The notes under the pieces were generated by a model. It saw only the letters and a list, made by a program, of their open reading frames with translations, had not been told where the DNA came from and searched no databases. The translations under genes and the position numbers were made by a program. Source: Stegostoma tigrinum (Eukaryota). Taken from it: a stretch of DNA of 64,000 bases. Where the stretch lies: the NCBI RefSeq assembly GCF_030684315.1, contig NC_081369.1, positions 2,222,689-2,286,688 on the forward strand, read 5' to 3'. Shown one piece after another: positions 38,070 to 49,625 of this stretch. The number at the start of each line of letters is the position of its first letter. The first letter of the stretch is position 1.

Positions 38070-38920
38070 TGGCAAGCCTCAGTGAATTGTTTGCAGAGAT
38101 GGCTCAAGTGGTGGATGAGGGAATGTCTGTGGATCTTGTTTATATGAGCTTCCAAAGACAGTCAATAAAATCGCACAAAAGAGATTGTTGAAAAAGGCAG
38201 AAACCCATTGGACGCGCAAAAATTACTGATATGGCTGGGAAATTGGTTGAGTGGCAGGCGACAGAAATTAGGGTTAATGGATAGGTATTTATAATGGCAG
38301 GATGTGACAAGCGATTTCCTACAAGGATTTTTGTTAGGGCCTCAACTTTTCACATTAAATATGTACAATTTAGGTAAGGGTACAGAAGGTGATATATCCA
38401 AATTTGCTGATGATCCAAAGCTAGACAGCATTGTAGATGATAGAATAAAGTCACAAAAACTAGGAAAATGAGAGAAAAGACAACTTTGACAGATGGAGTT
38501 CAGTGTAAGTATGTGTGAAATTATCCATTTTGAGTTGAAATAAAAAAATAAATCAGGGTACTTTCTAACTGATATGAATTTAAGTACTGTGGATGTCTAA
38601 AGAGAAGGCTCAGGGCTGCATAGATCTTTGAATTGTCATGAACGTGCACAAAGTAATCAGAAAAGCTGCAGGAATTCGGGCCTTTGTATCCAGAGGACTG
38701 GAGTACAAAGGGGGGGCAAATGTTCCAATCTCCCTTCCACCTGTGGCAATGAATGCCAGATCAGGTGTTCATTTTAATTCTGACGTAGATTTTTTTTGTT
38801 AAGCAGAGTTATAAAGGGATATGGACCAAATTCAGATTTGTAGAGTTTGGCCTCAGATCAGCCATGATCTCAGTAAATGGCTGAACACTTTTGAGGAGCT
38901 GAATGGCCTCTTCCTGTTCA
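38070..38920 (+). mobile_element. Old CR1 RT fragment
   Basis: atatccaaatttgctgatgatccaaag (SKFADD) and gcagatggagtt-like motifs. Confidence 0.7.
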
Positions 38921-40449
38921 AATATTCCCAGTTGATGCCAGGCTGTATGTCTTTGCCATTGATAACTGCTGATGAGTTCATTCACCGTCAGGTAATTATT
39001 GCTAATTTAATCTCCATTTGCACATTGCTTTTGCTCCAGTTTGTCTATAACTTCTCCAAGTACAGTTTGAAGTATCAACTGTGTGAACAGTATCAACAAT
39101 GAACATCAAGCTACCTGCTTTTAAATAAAACATGCAGTAATCCTTCAGCAACCCTTGCTTTTAAAATAGCACTGTGTTCTTATTTCAGTCCACAATCAAA
39201 AATGCACAAAAAATAGAAAGATGCACTCTTTACACCAATTAAAATTGAAAATCACATAATCAGTATGGTGAGCTATTGCAGAGTTCTGAAAAAAAGTGAA
39301 GAATTTAGATCTACTGATAAGTAAGTGTCAAAGGTTAGTCTCTACATATAACAAATATTCAGGAAAATCAATGAAATGTAATTGGTTATTACAAAGAAAA
39401 AAATTTATTGTTTTGTTGTCGCTTGTAATGAGATACAATAAAATGTATTGTTTTGCATGCTATATAGCAACATAGAACCATTCAAAGCACATTAATGTGT
39501 CAGAGCAGAGTGCAGAATACAGTTTTACAGCCGCAGAGAAGGTGCACTGAGAGAGAGATCAGAATTAAATTTGAGAGGCCCATTCAAAAACCTGATATTA
39601 TTGGGGAAGAAGATGTTATCCTATTTTAATTGCACGTATATTCAAACTTTTATATTTTCTGCCTAACAGAATAAGATGGAAAAGTGTATAACCAGAGCGG
39701 CAGGGATGTTTGATTATATTGGTTGCTTTTCCAAGGCAGTGGGAAGTATGGATGAAGTCAATTGATGGAATGTTGGTTTGTGTGATAGACTGAGCTGTAT
39801 TCATTACTCTTTGCAGTTTCTGGCCAGATGAGAAGAATAGTTGCCAAACCATGCTATGATGCATTCAGATAGAATGCTTTCTTTGGTTGCATGGGTAAAA
39901 ATTGGTCAGAGTCAGACAAGTTGCATTTCCTTAGCCTTCTGAGGAAGTAGAGACATTGAGGTGCTTTCTCGACCATTGCATCAACATGAGTGGGCCAGCG
40001 CAGATCATTGGCAATCATCAGTCTAAGGAACTTGACGCAATCGACCATCTCTAACTTACCACCACTGTTGCAGACAGTGCCATGCCCTTCACTCTGGCAA
40101 TGACCAGTTCATTCATTTTGCTGACATTGATAGAGAGATTGTTGTCTTTACACCATGCTGCTAAGCACCTCAATTTATTTCCTGTATTCTGTCTTGTCAT
40201 TTTTTAAGATCTGACCAAAAACAATAGTGTCATCAGCAAACCTGTAAACAGAGTTGGGGTGGAATGTGGCCACACAGTCATGAGACAAGGAGTAGTGTAG
40301 GAGCTGAGTATACAGCCTTGCAGAGTGCCACTGTTGAGGATTATGGTGGAGGAGGTGTTGTTGCCTTTCTTACAGATTGTGGTCTGCAGGTCAGGAAGTT
40401 GAGGATACAATTTCTCGGTTTTTAGAGTAGGTTTGTAGCTCAGGTTGTG

Positions 40450-42680
40450 GAATTTGTGGTTGGTTGGCTCGCCCAGCTGGTTCATTGTTCTGCAGATGTT
40501 TCATTGCCCTGCTGGTCACATCATCAGGAGAGCTTCCATTGAGGTGCTATAGTGTTTTCTCGCCTGTCATTTAAAGTGTAGTGCCCGTTGAGCTGGATTA
40601 CCTCATTTCTGGTTTTCCTTCGCAATGAAGTGTATATGGGGCATACCTCTATGTGATTATTGATGGCTTCTAAGAATTCCTGGGCTTGTCTCTGCTTCAG
40701 CTGTCCCAGGATCCTGGTGTTGTCCCAATCAAATTGGTGGCTTTCCTTATCCATGTGGATGGTGATGAGTAAGTATTGGTCATGTGTTTTTATTGCCAGT
40801 TGAAGTTTTTTATCCTTGTGGTTAATTCCCTACCTGTTTGTCCAATGTAATGTTTGTTGCAGTCTCTGCAGAGAATCTTGTATATGACATTGGTCCTGCC
40901 CATAGTGGGAAGTGGGTCTTTGGTCCAGGTGAGCAAATGGCGTAGGGTTGATGTGGGTTTGTGTGCTACTCTGATGCCCAGTGATCAGTTCAGATGTGTT
41001 CCTGATGGAAGATAACATGAAGAGTATGTCAGGACATGTAGTATCTCCCTGGTGTCATTCACGCAATAGGCATCTTCTGAGCCAGTTTTTCAGAGGTCTA
41101 TTGTCGTTGAATACGAGGAAGAGGTACTCTTTTCTTCTTTTTAGCATTGTTCTGAGCTGTTGCAGTGTGTTGTTGCCCATTCAAATAATTTTTCTCAAAT
41201 TATAGAATCTCTACACAATGGAAACAGGCCATTCGACCCAGCAAGTCCACAACAACCCTCAGAGTATCCAAACCAGGCCCATCCCTATACACTATGGGCA
41301 CTTTAACATGGTCAATTCACCTAACCTGCACATCTTTGGATTGTATAAGGAAACCAGAGCACCTGGAGGAAACCCACGCAGACATGGGGAGAATGTACAA
41401 ACTTCATACGGACTGTCGCCCAAGAGTGGAATTAAACCGGGTCCCTGATGCTGTGAGGCAGCAGTGCTAACCACTGAGGCACCGTGCTGCCCTAGCCACT
41501 GTGCCACCCCTCATGCAACTTCATTTGTGTGTGTTAGGGTGGTTGCTGCTGACATTCAATACTTGGTCACCTGTGTACCTTTGTTAGGAATTCCACATTG
41601 GTCCTGCGTACCACCACGACATCCAGGAATGGGAGTGATTTATTCTTCTCCTCTTCTCTGGTGAATCTGATCACAGTTAGGGTGTTGTTTATTAATTTGT
41701 GTGCCTCCTTGAGTTTGGTCTGTTTAATAGTGACAAAGGTTTTGTCCATGTAGCGTATCTACAGTTTTGGTTGGATTCATGAAAGGGCCACACTTTCAAG
41801 TCTCTGCATCACTGCTTCAGCTATTGATACTATGGGTGTCCCATTGATTGATTCATATGTTTGGACATTAAAGGTGAAGTAGGTGGTGAGGCATAGGTCC
41901 AGTAGCTTCAGCATGTTGTCTGTGGAGATGGTGTCACTGGGGTCTTGTTTTAATAGTGTTGTCAGTGTTTCTCTTGCTACTGTTGTGTCTATTGATGTGA
42001 ATAGGCAGTAACATCAGATGGTATCATGGTCTCATCATCATCTATCCTTATGTCCTTGGCAGAATTGAGGAATTCCCGAGCTGCTTGGATTGAGTGGGCT
42101 GACTTGGTGACAAGGAGTTTTAGTATCTTTTGTAGCTCGTTGTCTCATCTAGGTGATGGTGTGCCTGGCAGGGAGACTATGGGTCTGATGGTTACTTCCA
42201 GTTTGTGTGCTTTTGGGATGCATAGAATCAAAGGTTGGGGGATGTTAGTTCCTTCAGGCTTCATTCTTAGGAAGTCTGTTTTGTTGATCTGTCCAGTCTG
42301 TTTGAGTCTCTTTAGTGTGTTGAGAATCTTGTTGCCCAGTTGTGGTGTCAGGTCTGTCTGCACTGTGTTCTTGTCTGCTATAGTGTTTGTGCGTTGGAGA
42401 GGCATTTTCATTTATTTAGTATACAAACATGTCTACGGGTAATATGGTGATGCCTTTCTAAGTCCTTCTAGGGCCTTCCTTTCAGATGTATTGAGAGTGT
42501 TGAGTTCATTTCTTCTGGTCAATTTCAGGATTGCTGTCTGTGCTGTGGCTTGTTGTGTTTCTTCACTGATGCCGTTGATCTTCAGTATGGCTTCCAGTGT
42601 GGCTAGGAATACTGTTTTTTTGGCATTGCTGTGGTTGTAGGTCAGTCCATGAATTAGAACAGCTTTCTCTGTGTCTGTGA
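40450..42680 (-). mobile_element. Penelope-like element (second, Poseidon-like family)
   Basis: PKAHKLEVTIRPIVSLPGTP, FTREEEKNKSLPFLDV, HQFDWDNTRILGQ; degenerate hammerhead core at ~40490-40530. Confidence 0.8.
41200..41510 (-). mobile_element. HE1-like SINE nested in the Penelope element
   Basis: gcagtgctaaccactgaggcaccgtgctgccc head read on the plus strand. Confidence 0.85.
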
Positions 42681-43834
42681 TGTGAGCCATGACTAACCTT
42701 TCAAAGCACTTCATAACTTTGGAGGTCACAGCCATTGGTTGGTAGTCATTGATGCATGTTGCAAGATTTCTTTTGGCACCAAGATGATAGTGGACTCCTT
42801 GAAGCAGCTGGGGCTTCCTATCAGGGTAAGGAGAGGCTAAACATGCCTACAAATACTGCCACCAGCTGGTCTGCACAGGATCTGAGTGTACGGCCAAGGA
42901 CTCCATTCAGGCTAGTCGCTTTCTGTGGGTTCACTATCAAAAAGGTCAATTTAATGTCTCAGCAGTGACCATGGGTGCAGGTGCATCTGAGACTGTTGGG
43001 ATAGTTGACATGATTTCACTGACCTTCTATTCAATGAGAGCATAGAATGCGTGGAGATTCTTGAGTAAGGATACTGATGCCTGCAATTCTGTTCAAATTT
43101 GCATTGTAGCCCATTGTGTGGTGCAAGCCTTGCGACTAATGACAGGAGTCCGTGTCATTGGTCTGGGTGTCAAGCTTAGATTGGTATTGCCTCTTAGCCC
43201 CTCTGATGGCTTTAATATGGTCGTACCTTGATTTCATGTATTGCTCACAATTGCCTGACTTGTAAGCCTCAGATATGGAATTCAGTAGGGACTGTATCCC
43301 TGGCTCATCCATGGTTTCCAGTCAGAGAACTCATGAAAAATAGACAATAAGGCGGTTATACTTAACATACACAAGGCATTGATGAGATAATGTCGGGCAT
43401 AATGTGTGCAATAGTGCTCTCACTATTTAAAAAAAATTGTTATAAAGGCTTTGAGAGCAGTCCAGAGATGATTTGTCAGAATACTACTATGAATAGACCT
43501 GTTGATTTATGAGGAATGGTTGGAAAGACTAGGCTTTTAGAAGAACAAAAGTTGACTTGATTGAGATGGAGAGAATCATAATGGGTCTTGACAGGGTGCA
43601 TGCTAACAGGGTGTTTATCATTGTGAGAGGTTCTAGACTTAACAGTAAAAAATACCAACCCAAAAGAACTGTGGGCGCTGTGAATTAGGAACAGAAGCAG
43701 AAGTTGCTGGAAAAGCTCATCAAGTCTGGCGGCATCTGTGAAGAAAAAAAAGTCACAGTTAATCTTTGGTGTCCGCTGACTCTTCCTCAGAACTGAATTA
43801 ATGGCAATTGTTTAAATGCAAAGAGTCATCCATT

Positions 43835-44165
43835 TGATCAGAGGTACATATAGAGTAGACAGCCAGAGACTTTTTCCTAGGGTGGAGGTAGTGATTAGGA
43901 GGAGGCATATTTTTAAAGTGAGTGCAGGTAGATACAGTGGAAACGTCAGAGGTAGGTTCTTTACTCAGAGAGTGGTAGGGGCGTGGAATGCACTGCCGGA
44001 GAGGGTAATGGAGTTGGCCTCATGAGGGGCATTTAAGCGGCTATTGGATAGGCATATGAGTAATAGGTAGGGTGGAGGTTATAGAGACCTTAGGTTTCGG
44101 GTATAAGTTCGGAACATCGTGGGCTGAAGGGCCTGTCCTATGCTGCGCTGTTCTATGGTCTATTT
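43835..44165 (+). mobile_element. CR1 3' end
   Basis: RVDSQRLFPRVE...GRFFTQRVVGAWNALP, same subfamily as 1603-3592. Confidence 0.85.
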
Positions 44166-44569
44166 GATACATCGCTGAGGCGAAAATTTTATTCTCACAG
44201 AAACAGGAGAGTCTTTACATTGCACTTCCTCGAAAGACGGGGGAGCAGATTATTTGACTCTTTATTTTAAAATGCAACCTAAGTAGATTTTTGATTTGCA
44301 AGGCGTGGAGAGGTTGGAATTTCCCCGATGATTCCGAAGATCCATCGTTGTTCAGCAATGAGAAATCTTAAATGCGAACGGTTGAAAGAGCACAGTCTCG
44401 CTGGCTCTGCTCAAACAGTCCGCACATCCCGCAGAGAGGGTAATGTCGTGCTGAAGTAACAACTCGAGCTGTAAACAACGAACGGCCAACTGCTGCACTG
44501 AACTTTAGCAAAAGAAACAAAAACAAAGCGTCACGTTACTGATCACTGAGCCGGATTAAGTTATACTGC

Positions 44570-44665
44570 GATAATAAAATGTGAGGCTGGATGAACACAG
44601 CAGGCCAAGCAGCATCTCAGGAGCACAAAAGCTGACGTTTCGGGCCTAGACCCTTCATCAGAGAG
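44570..44665 (-). mobile_element. 96-bp Penelope terminal-repeat insertion with intact hammerhead core and 12-bp TSD
   Basis: aagttatactgc at 44558-44569 and 44666-44677; minus-strand CTGATGAagggtctaggcccGAAACGTC at 44634-44661. Confidence 0.85.
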
Positions 44666-46849
44666 AAGTTATACTGCACTGTGACGCTCTTTGTCTGATG
44701 CTATTTTCAAGTTCTTGCAAATTAACAACCAGTTCACTCTCTGTCTCTCCTTCTAATAGATCAACATGTTCATGACTATTGCACTTTTCTGCCTCTTCGT
44801 TCTCGCATCAGTTTATACGGGCATTCTTTCTCTTTCAATAAAGTCGAGCTCTTATTTAACCTTTATTTAATGTATCATGCTCCGTTCCGTTTGGACAGAT
44901 TAAATCAATCACTGAACCCACGCCTTTTACCTTTCTGTTTAATTTCACTCGTTCGTTTGCGATTGTCTCTTTCTCAGGTTCTGGTGTAACCTCGGCAAAA
45001 GTGACCCAGTTACCGGAGGACGTGGCCAAAACCGTGTTGCAAACGTCTCCTTTCTTTGTTTGATTCCTTTATTTCGAGAGGGCTCAGCTATCAAAGTAAC
45101 CTGGTGGGAACAGGGCGAACACCGTTACCTACACGCGTAGCAAGATGACCGAAAAGTAACTGGCCATAAGACTAAATTCAGTGGTTTCCTTCAAATAATC
45201 AATGTACGTGTCCAGCACAACGGAATGTACTATTGCACAATCATCCATCAAAGCAAATTGGTTGTAAATGGTACAGGGTCCGAATTGACAGTGTGGGCTA
45301 TGTATGGAAACAAGACGTAAGAAATGTCAACACGTAACATTTCACAAATGAAATAATTGTCGGTTGTGCTTGGAAAAGTTCACATTCGAGGCTTTAAAAA
45401 ATGTATTCGGTGGTCCATGTTCTTCAATGGCAAGGCAAACATTTTTGTCCAACCGTAGTTATCCCTGAAATGAATGGCTAACTTGGTCAATTCAGAGAGC
45501 TGTTGAGAGTCAGCAACATTGCTACATATCTTGGGTGACATAGTGTCCAAAAAGATACGAAAGGCAGGCGATGTGTGTGCGCTCCTTGGAGACAGCTCCG
45601 CACTTACCATTACATGTACATATTCAAATTGCACTGCTGGCCGCTGTACTTCATGTAAAATGTTTCAATAATTTAGAGTTATGCATCAGCGACTATATGG
45701 TGCGTAAAAAGGGCATTTCAAATACAATTCAATATGATGAAAAGAAATATACATCAAAATTATTTTGCTTATGAGCAATAGCCCGTCGCGAGAGACACGG
45801 ATTTGACCATATGTGGTGGTTTGTTTTCTACATCTTCTTTCTTGAAGAGCGACAGTTCAGAAGAAGGATCACTGATGTCCAACTTTTAACTCTGCTTTCT
45901 TTTCAGACCTGCTCCCTTTCTCCAGCAATTCCTGTTTATGTTCTGTTGTTGATAACGTTTCTTATTGGGCTTATGTTTTTGCCTTTGTAATTTTAATAAG
46001 GTAAACCTTACGTTCTATGTTTCTAAAATCTTGAAACTGCTCGAGTCAATGTCCTCTGTATTCAACACGCTTTTGGTTTGCAGTAGGTAAGTGAATCCCT
46101 TGGCTTTCGTATCAGTATGAATAAATTTCTGTTCTCCTCTGTTGTTACGCAAGAAGACTTTAGTTTTCCTCAGCCATATCGCATGACAGGCGATCGTCGA
46201 CTGTAAGTCCAATTTAGAGACCATTCAACAATATTTTTGACAGACGTATCTGCGATCTGTAATAACAACAGTCCATGCTTTATTGTTCGCGTTTTGTCTA
46301 GTGATGAGTTAAAGTGACCGTTCACATTGGGCTATATTCAGATATCGGCTCACCACCGCTGTCATCAAACCAGCTCCCATACAGTGCTACCAGCAATTGG
46401 CCAAAACAAAAGACTGGGCTGTAATTTTATTCTGATGTTAAACTAACTATTTTTTCCATTTCGTTTTCACTTTCCTGGTTCCACCGAGTTCACTGAATAT
46501 TATCTCTGAGCAGCCCGAAAAAGATTCATCTGTGGCTCTTACTGTTTTATGCTCGAAATCTCCGTTTTACCCCAAGAATGTTAATGTTAATTTGTACAAA
46601 GTTGGCAGAAAAACGACAAGAGGAATAAATTAATTATTCGAACAACAGAGAATAATCTGTTCGAAGCATCTAGCTGGTTGAAAGAAACACAGACAATCCG
46701 AGCTGGAGCTGTTTACACCTGCATGGTATCTCACAACACCCTCCAAATTTCAACTTGGTTCAGTCACATCGTAACTAATGGCAACATGGGTAAGAATTTT
46801 CATAGAACTGTTATCATTAATAAAGCAGAGCAAATCTTTGATACGTGGA

Positions 46850-48770
46850 ATCATACAGGACTGAAACACATCAGTCCAACCAGTCAGTGCCCGACATAAT
46901 CCCAAACTCAACTAGTCCCACCTGCCTGCTCCTGGCCCATACTGCTTCAAACCTTTCTTGTTCATGTACTTACCTAAACATCTTTTAAATGTTGTAATCA
47001 TACGCCAATCCCTTTAAATGTTGCAATCATATCCCGTCCACCACTTCCTTGGGAAGTTCATTCCACACAGGAATCACCCTCGGTGTAAACATTTGCCCCT
47101 CATGTCTCTATTAAATCTCTCTCATTTCAGTTTAAAAATCTACCTCCTAGCCCTGAAATCTGCCCCATCCTAAGGAAAAGACAACTACCATTCACCCTAT
47201 CTAGTACCCCTCATTATTTTATAAACTTCTATAGCGTGAATATCTCAACCTCCCACTCTCCTGTGGAAAAAGTGCCAACCCATGTTGTTTTATTTTGCTA
47301 CAGGTGGGTAATGTAGACTAACAAGGTGGAATGCTATTTATAATTACAAGTGAATACGCTTAATGAAAATATTCAATGTCCTTTGCAGACATTTTCTGTG
47401 CAAATTCTTTTGTTTTCCAACGTTTTATTATTTTCTGTCTTTTTTTCTTGAAAATATAGTAAAAATATGCCTTTGGATGACATCTACCTAAGGCATGTAC
47501 CTATGATTCTGTACCTCGGTAACTTTGTACCAAAGTCGGTGTAGTAGTGGCTAGACTTGTGAACTTTTCATTGTCCTCATATGAATACATGTGACAATAA
47601 ACCTGATTCAATTCAAGATACATTTTGTCAATGAAGCAATTCTAGCTAACACAAAAAAATTATGGCTCTGCATCCTTTTTGACTTCCATATATACTCGTT
47701 ATGCTTTCATGTTATACCCAAAATTCTGCAATCTCCCCAAACCCCAAATACATACATTAATGGAGATATCCATGTATCTTATATCATCATGTATAGGAGT
47801 GGGATTCAGCCCTTCTGCTCTGCACTTGATCGTGGCTGAAGTGTTACTCAAACCCATTACTTTGCCTTCTTCCCATAATGCTTGACCACCTTACTAAGGA
47901 AGAACCTATCTACCTCCATTTTAAATACACTCAATGACTTGGCAACCACAGTCCTCTGTGGAAATGAGTTTCACAGATTAACCACGCTATGACTGAAAAT
48001 CCTTCCCACCCCAGTTCTAAAGAGTCCTCCCTTCACTCTGAGGCCGTACTCTTGGGACTTAGTCCCTTCTACTCGTGGAAAGATCTTCTCTACGTCCACT
48101 CTATCAAGGCATCTCAGTGCTCAGTAAGTTTCAATGAAAATCCCTCTCAATCTTCAACACTCAATGGAGTGCAGACCCGGTGTACTCAACCATTTTTCTT
48201 ATGACAAACCCTTCATCCTGTAAATCATTCTTGTAAACCCCTTCTGGACCGCTTCCAACACCAGCTCACATTTGCTTAGAAATGGTTTCCAAAACTACTC
48301 GCAGTATTCTAAACGTAATCTGTTCAAAGCCTTATACATCTTCAGCACTACATCTCTGCTTTTGTATTCTAGCCCATTTGAAATGATTACTAACATTGCA
48401 TTTGCTTTCCTAACTGCCAACTGAACGTACATGTTAACTTTAAGAGAATCCTGAGCTCAGGCTCATAAGTCCATTTGTGTTTCAGATTTATGAAGTCTTC
48501 CTTCATTTAGAAAATGGTCTATGCCTCTATTTGTCCCACCAAAGTGCATAACCTCACATTTTGCCACATTGTATTCCATCTACCGCTTCTTTGCCCACTG
48601 TCCTATCCTGTCCAAGTCATTCTACAGTATCCACTTTCTGAACTCTATCTTTACCTCCAGCATCTACAAACTGAGTTCTTTCATCCAGATCGTTAACGTA
48701 TAATGTGAATATTTGTTGTATCAGTTCTGACCTCTGAAGTTCTACCGTACTTGCCTCAGAATAGTTCTGC
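46850..48770 (-). mobile_element. CR1 3' fragments (~46850-47280 and ~47790-48770)
   Basis: CR1 3' UTR and RT-end homology on the minus strand. Confidence 0.7.
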
Positions 48771-49304
48771 TTAGAATATGCTGCCTCTCCCATTTGTTTT
48801 AAAAAAGATGCAATCCATTTGTAATTACACTTATAAGTTTCTGCCAATTTGAAACCATCACCAGTATGGTTTTAAAATTGGCTCCTGTAGCCAGCATTGT
48901 GTACGAGACCTGCTAATTGCTAAATCTTCAGTCATCCATGAACCTCAAAATTACACTCAAGATTTTCAAGACACAGTCATTTGCAAAGTTATTAAGTGAA
49001 GATTTTGTCATCAGTTTGCGTCCTGGAAACCCAATATAAAGTTGACCTGCATAAATATATTTCTTAATTTTCAGTTAACATTAGGGTCTGTTATAGCAAA
49101 ATTGCTGTCATGATATCACACACTGATGCCTGGGAAATCCCACTGCATACTACCATTGTGTTTAAAGTATGAACTTCTGTTCAGCACCATTTTTTGTCAA
49201 AGCATTTCTGCTGGTTGCCTGCAGAACTCCTTTCTTTGAAAGAGCTCATTGCTGTAAAAAGATGGCTTCTGCTTTGCTGTCCAAAACTAAAATTGGCTCC
49301 TGGC

Positions 49305-49625
49305 AGGGCGGCACAGTGGCTCAGTGGCTAGCACTACAGCCTCACAGCACCGGGTGCACGGGTTTGATTCCAGCCTCGGGCGACTGTCTGTGTGCAGTTT
49401 ACACATTCTCCCCGTGTCTGCATGCGTTTCCTCCGGGTGCTCCGGTTTCCTCCCACAGTTCAAAGATGTGCAGACTAGGTGGATCAGCCATGCTAAATTG
49501 CACATAGTGTTCAGGGGTGTGTGGGTTATAGGGGGATGGTTCTGAGTGGGATGCTTCAAGGGGTGGTGTGGACTTGTTGGGCCAAAGGGTCTTTTTCCAC
49601 ATTGTAGGTAATCTAATCTAATCTA
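49305..49625 (+). mobile_element. HE1-like SINE
   Basis: gggcggcacagtggctcagtggctagcac head; aatctaatctaatct tail. Confidence 0.9.

Larger units (their letters stand above)
39400..43330 (-). mobile_element. Rex1/Babar-like LINE interrupted by a second-family Penelope element
   Basis: AVTSKVMKCFERLVMAHI (42680-42735) and FLRLMIANDLRWPTHVDAMVEKAPQCLYFLRRLRK (39854-40048) flank the insertion. Confidence 0.7.

Noticed and set aside
39189-39300. Acceptor followed by ITAM-like spacing (LYTN*...QYGEL)
   Set aside because: Needs two stops repaired and is not phase-compatible with gene 1; indistinguishable from chance.
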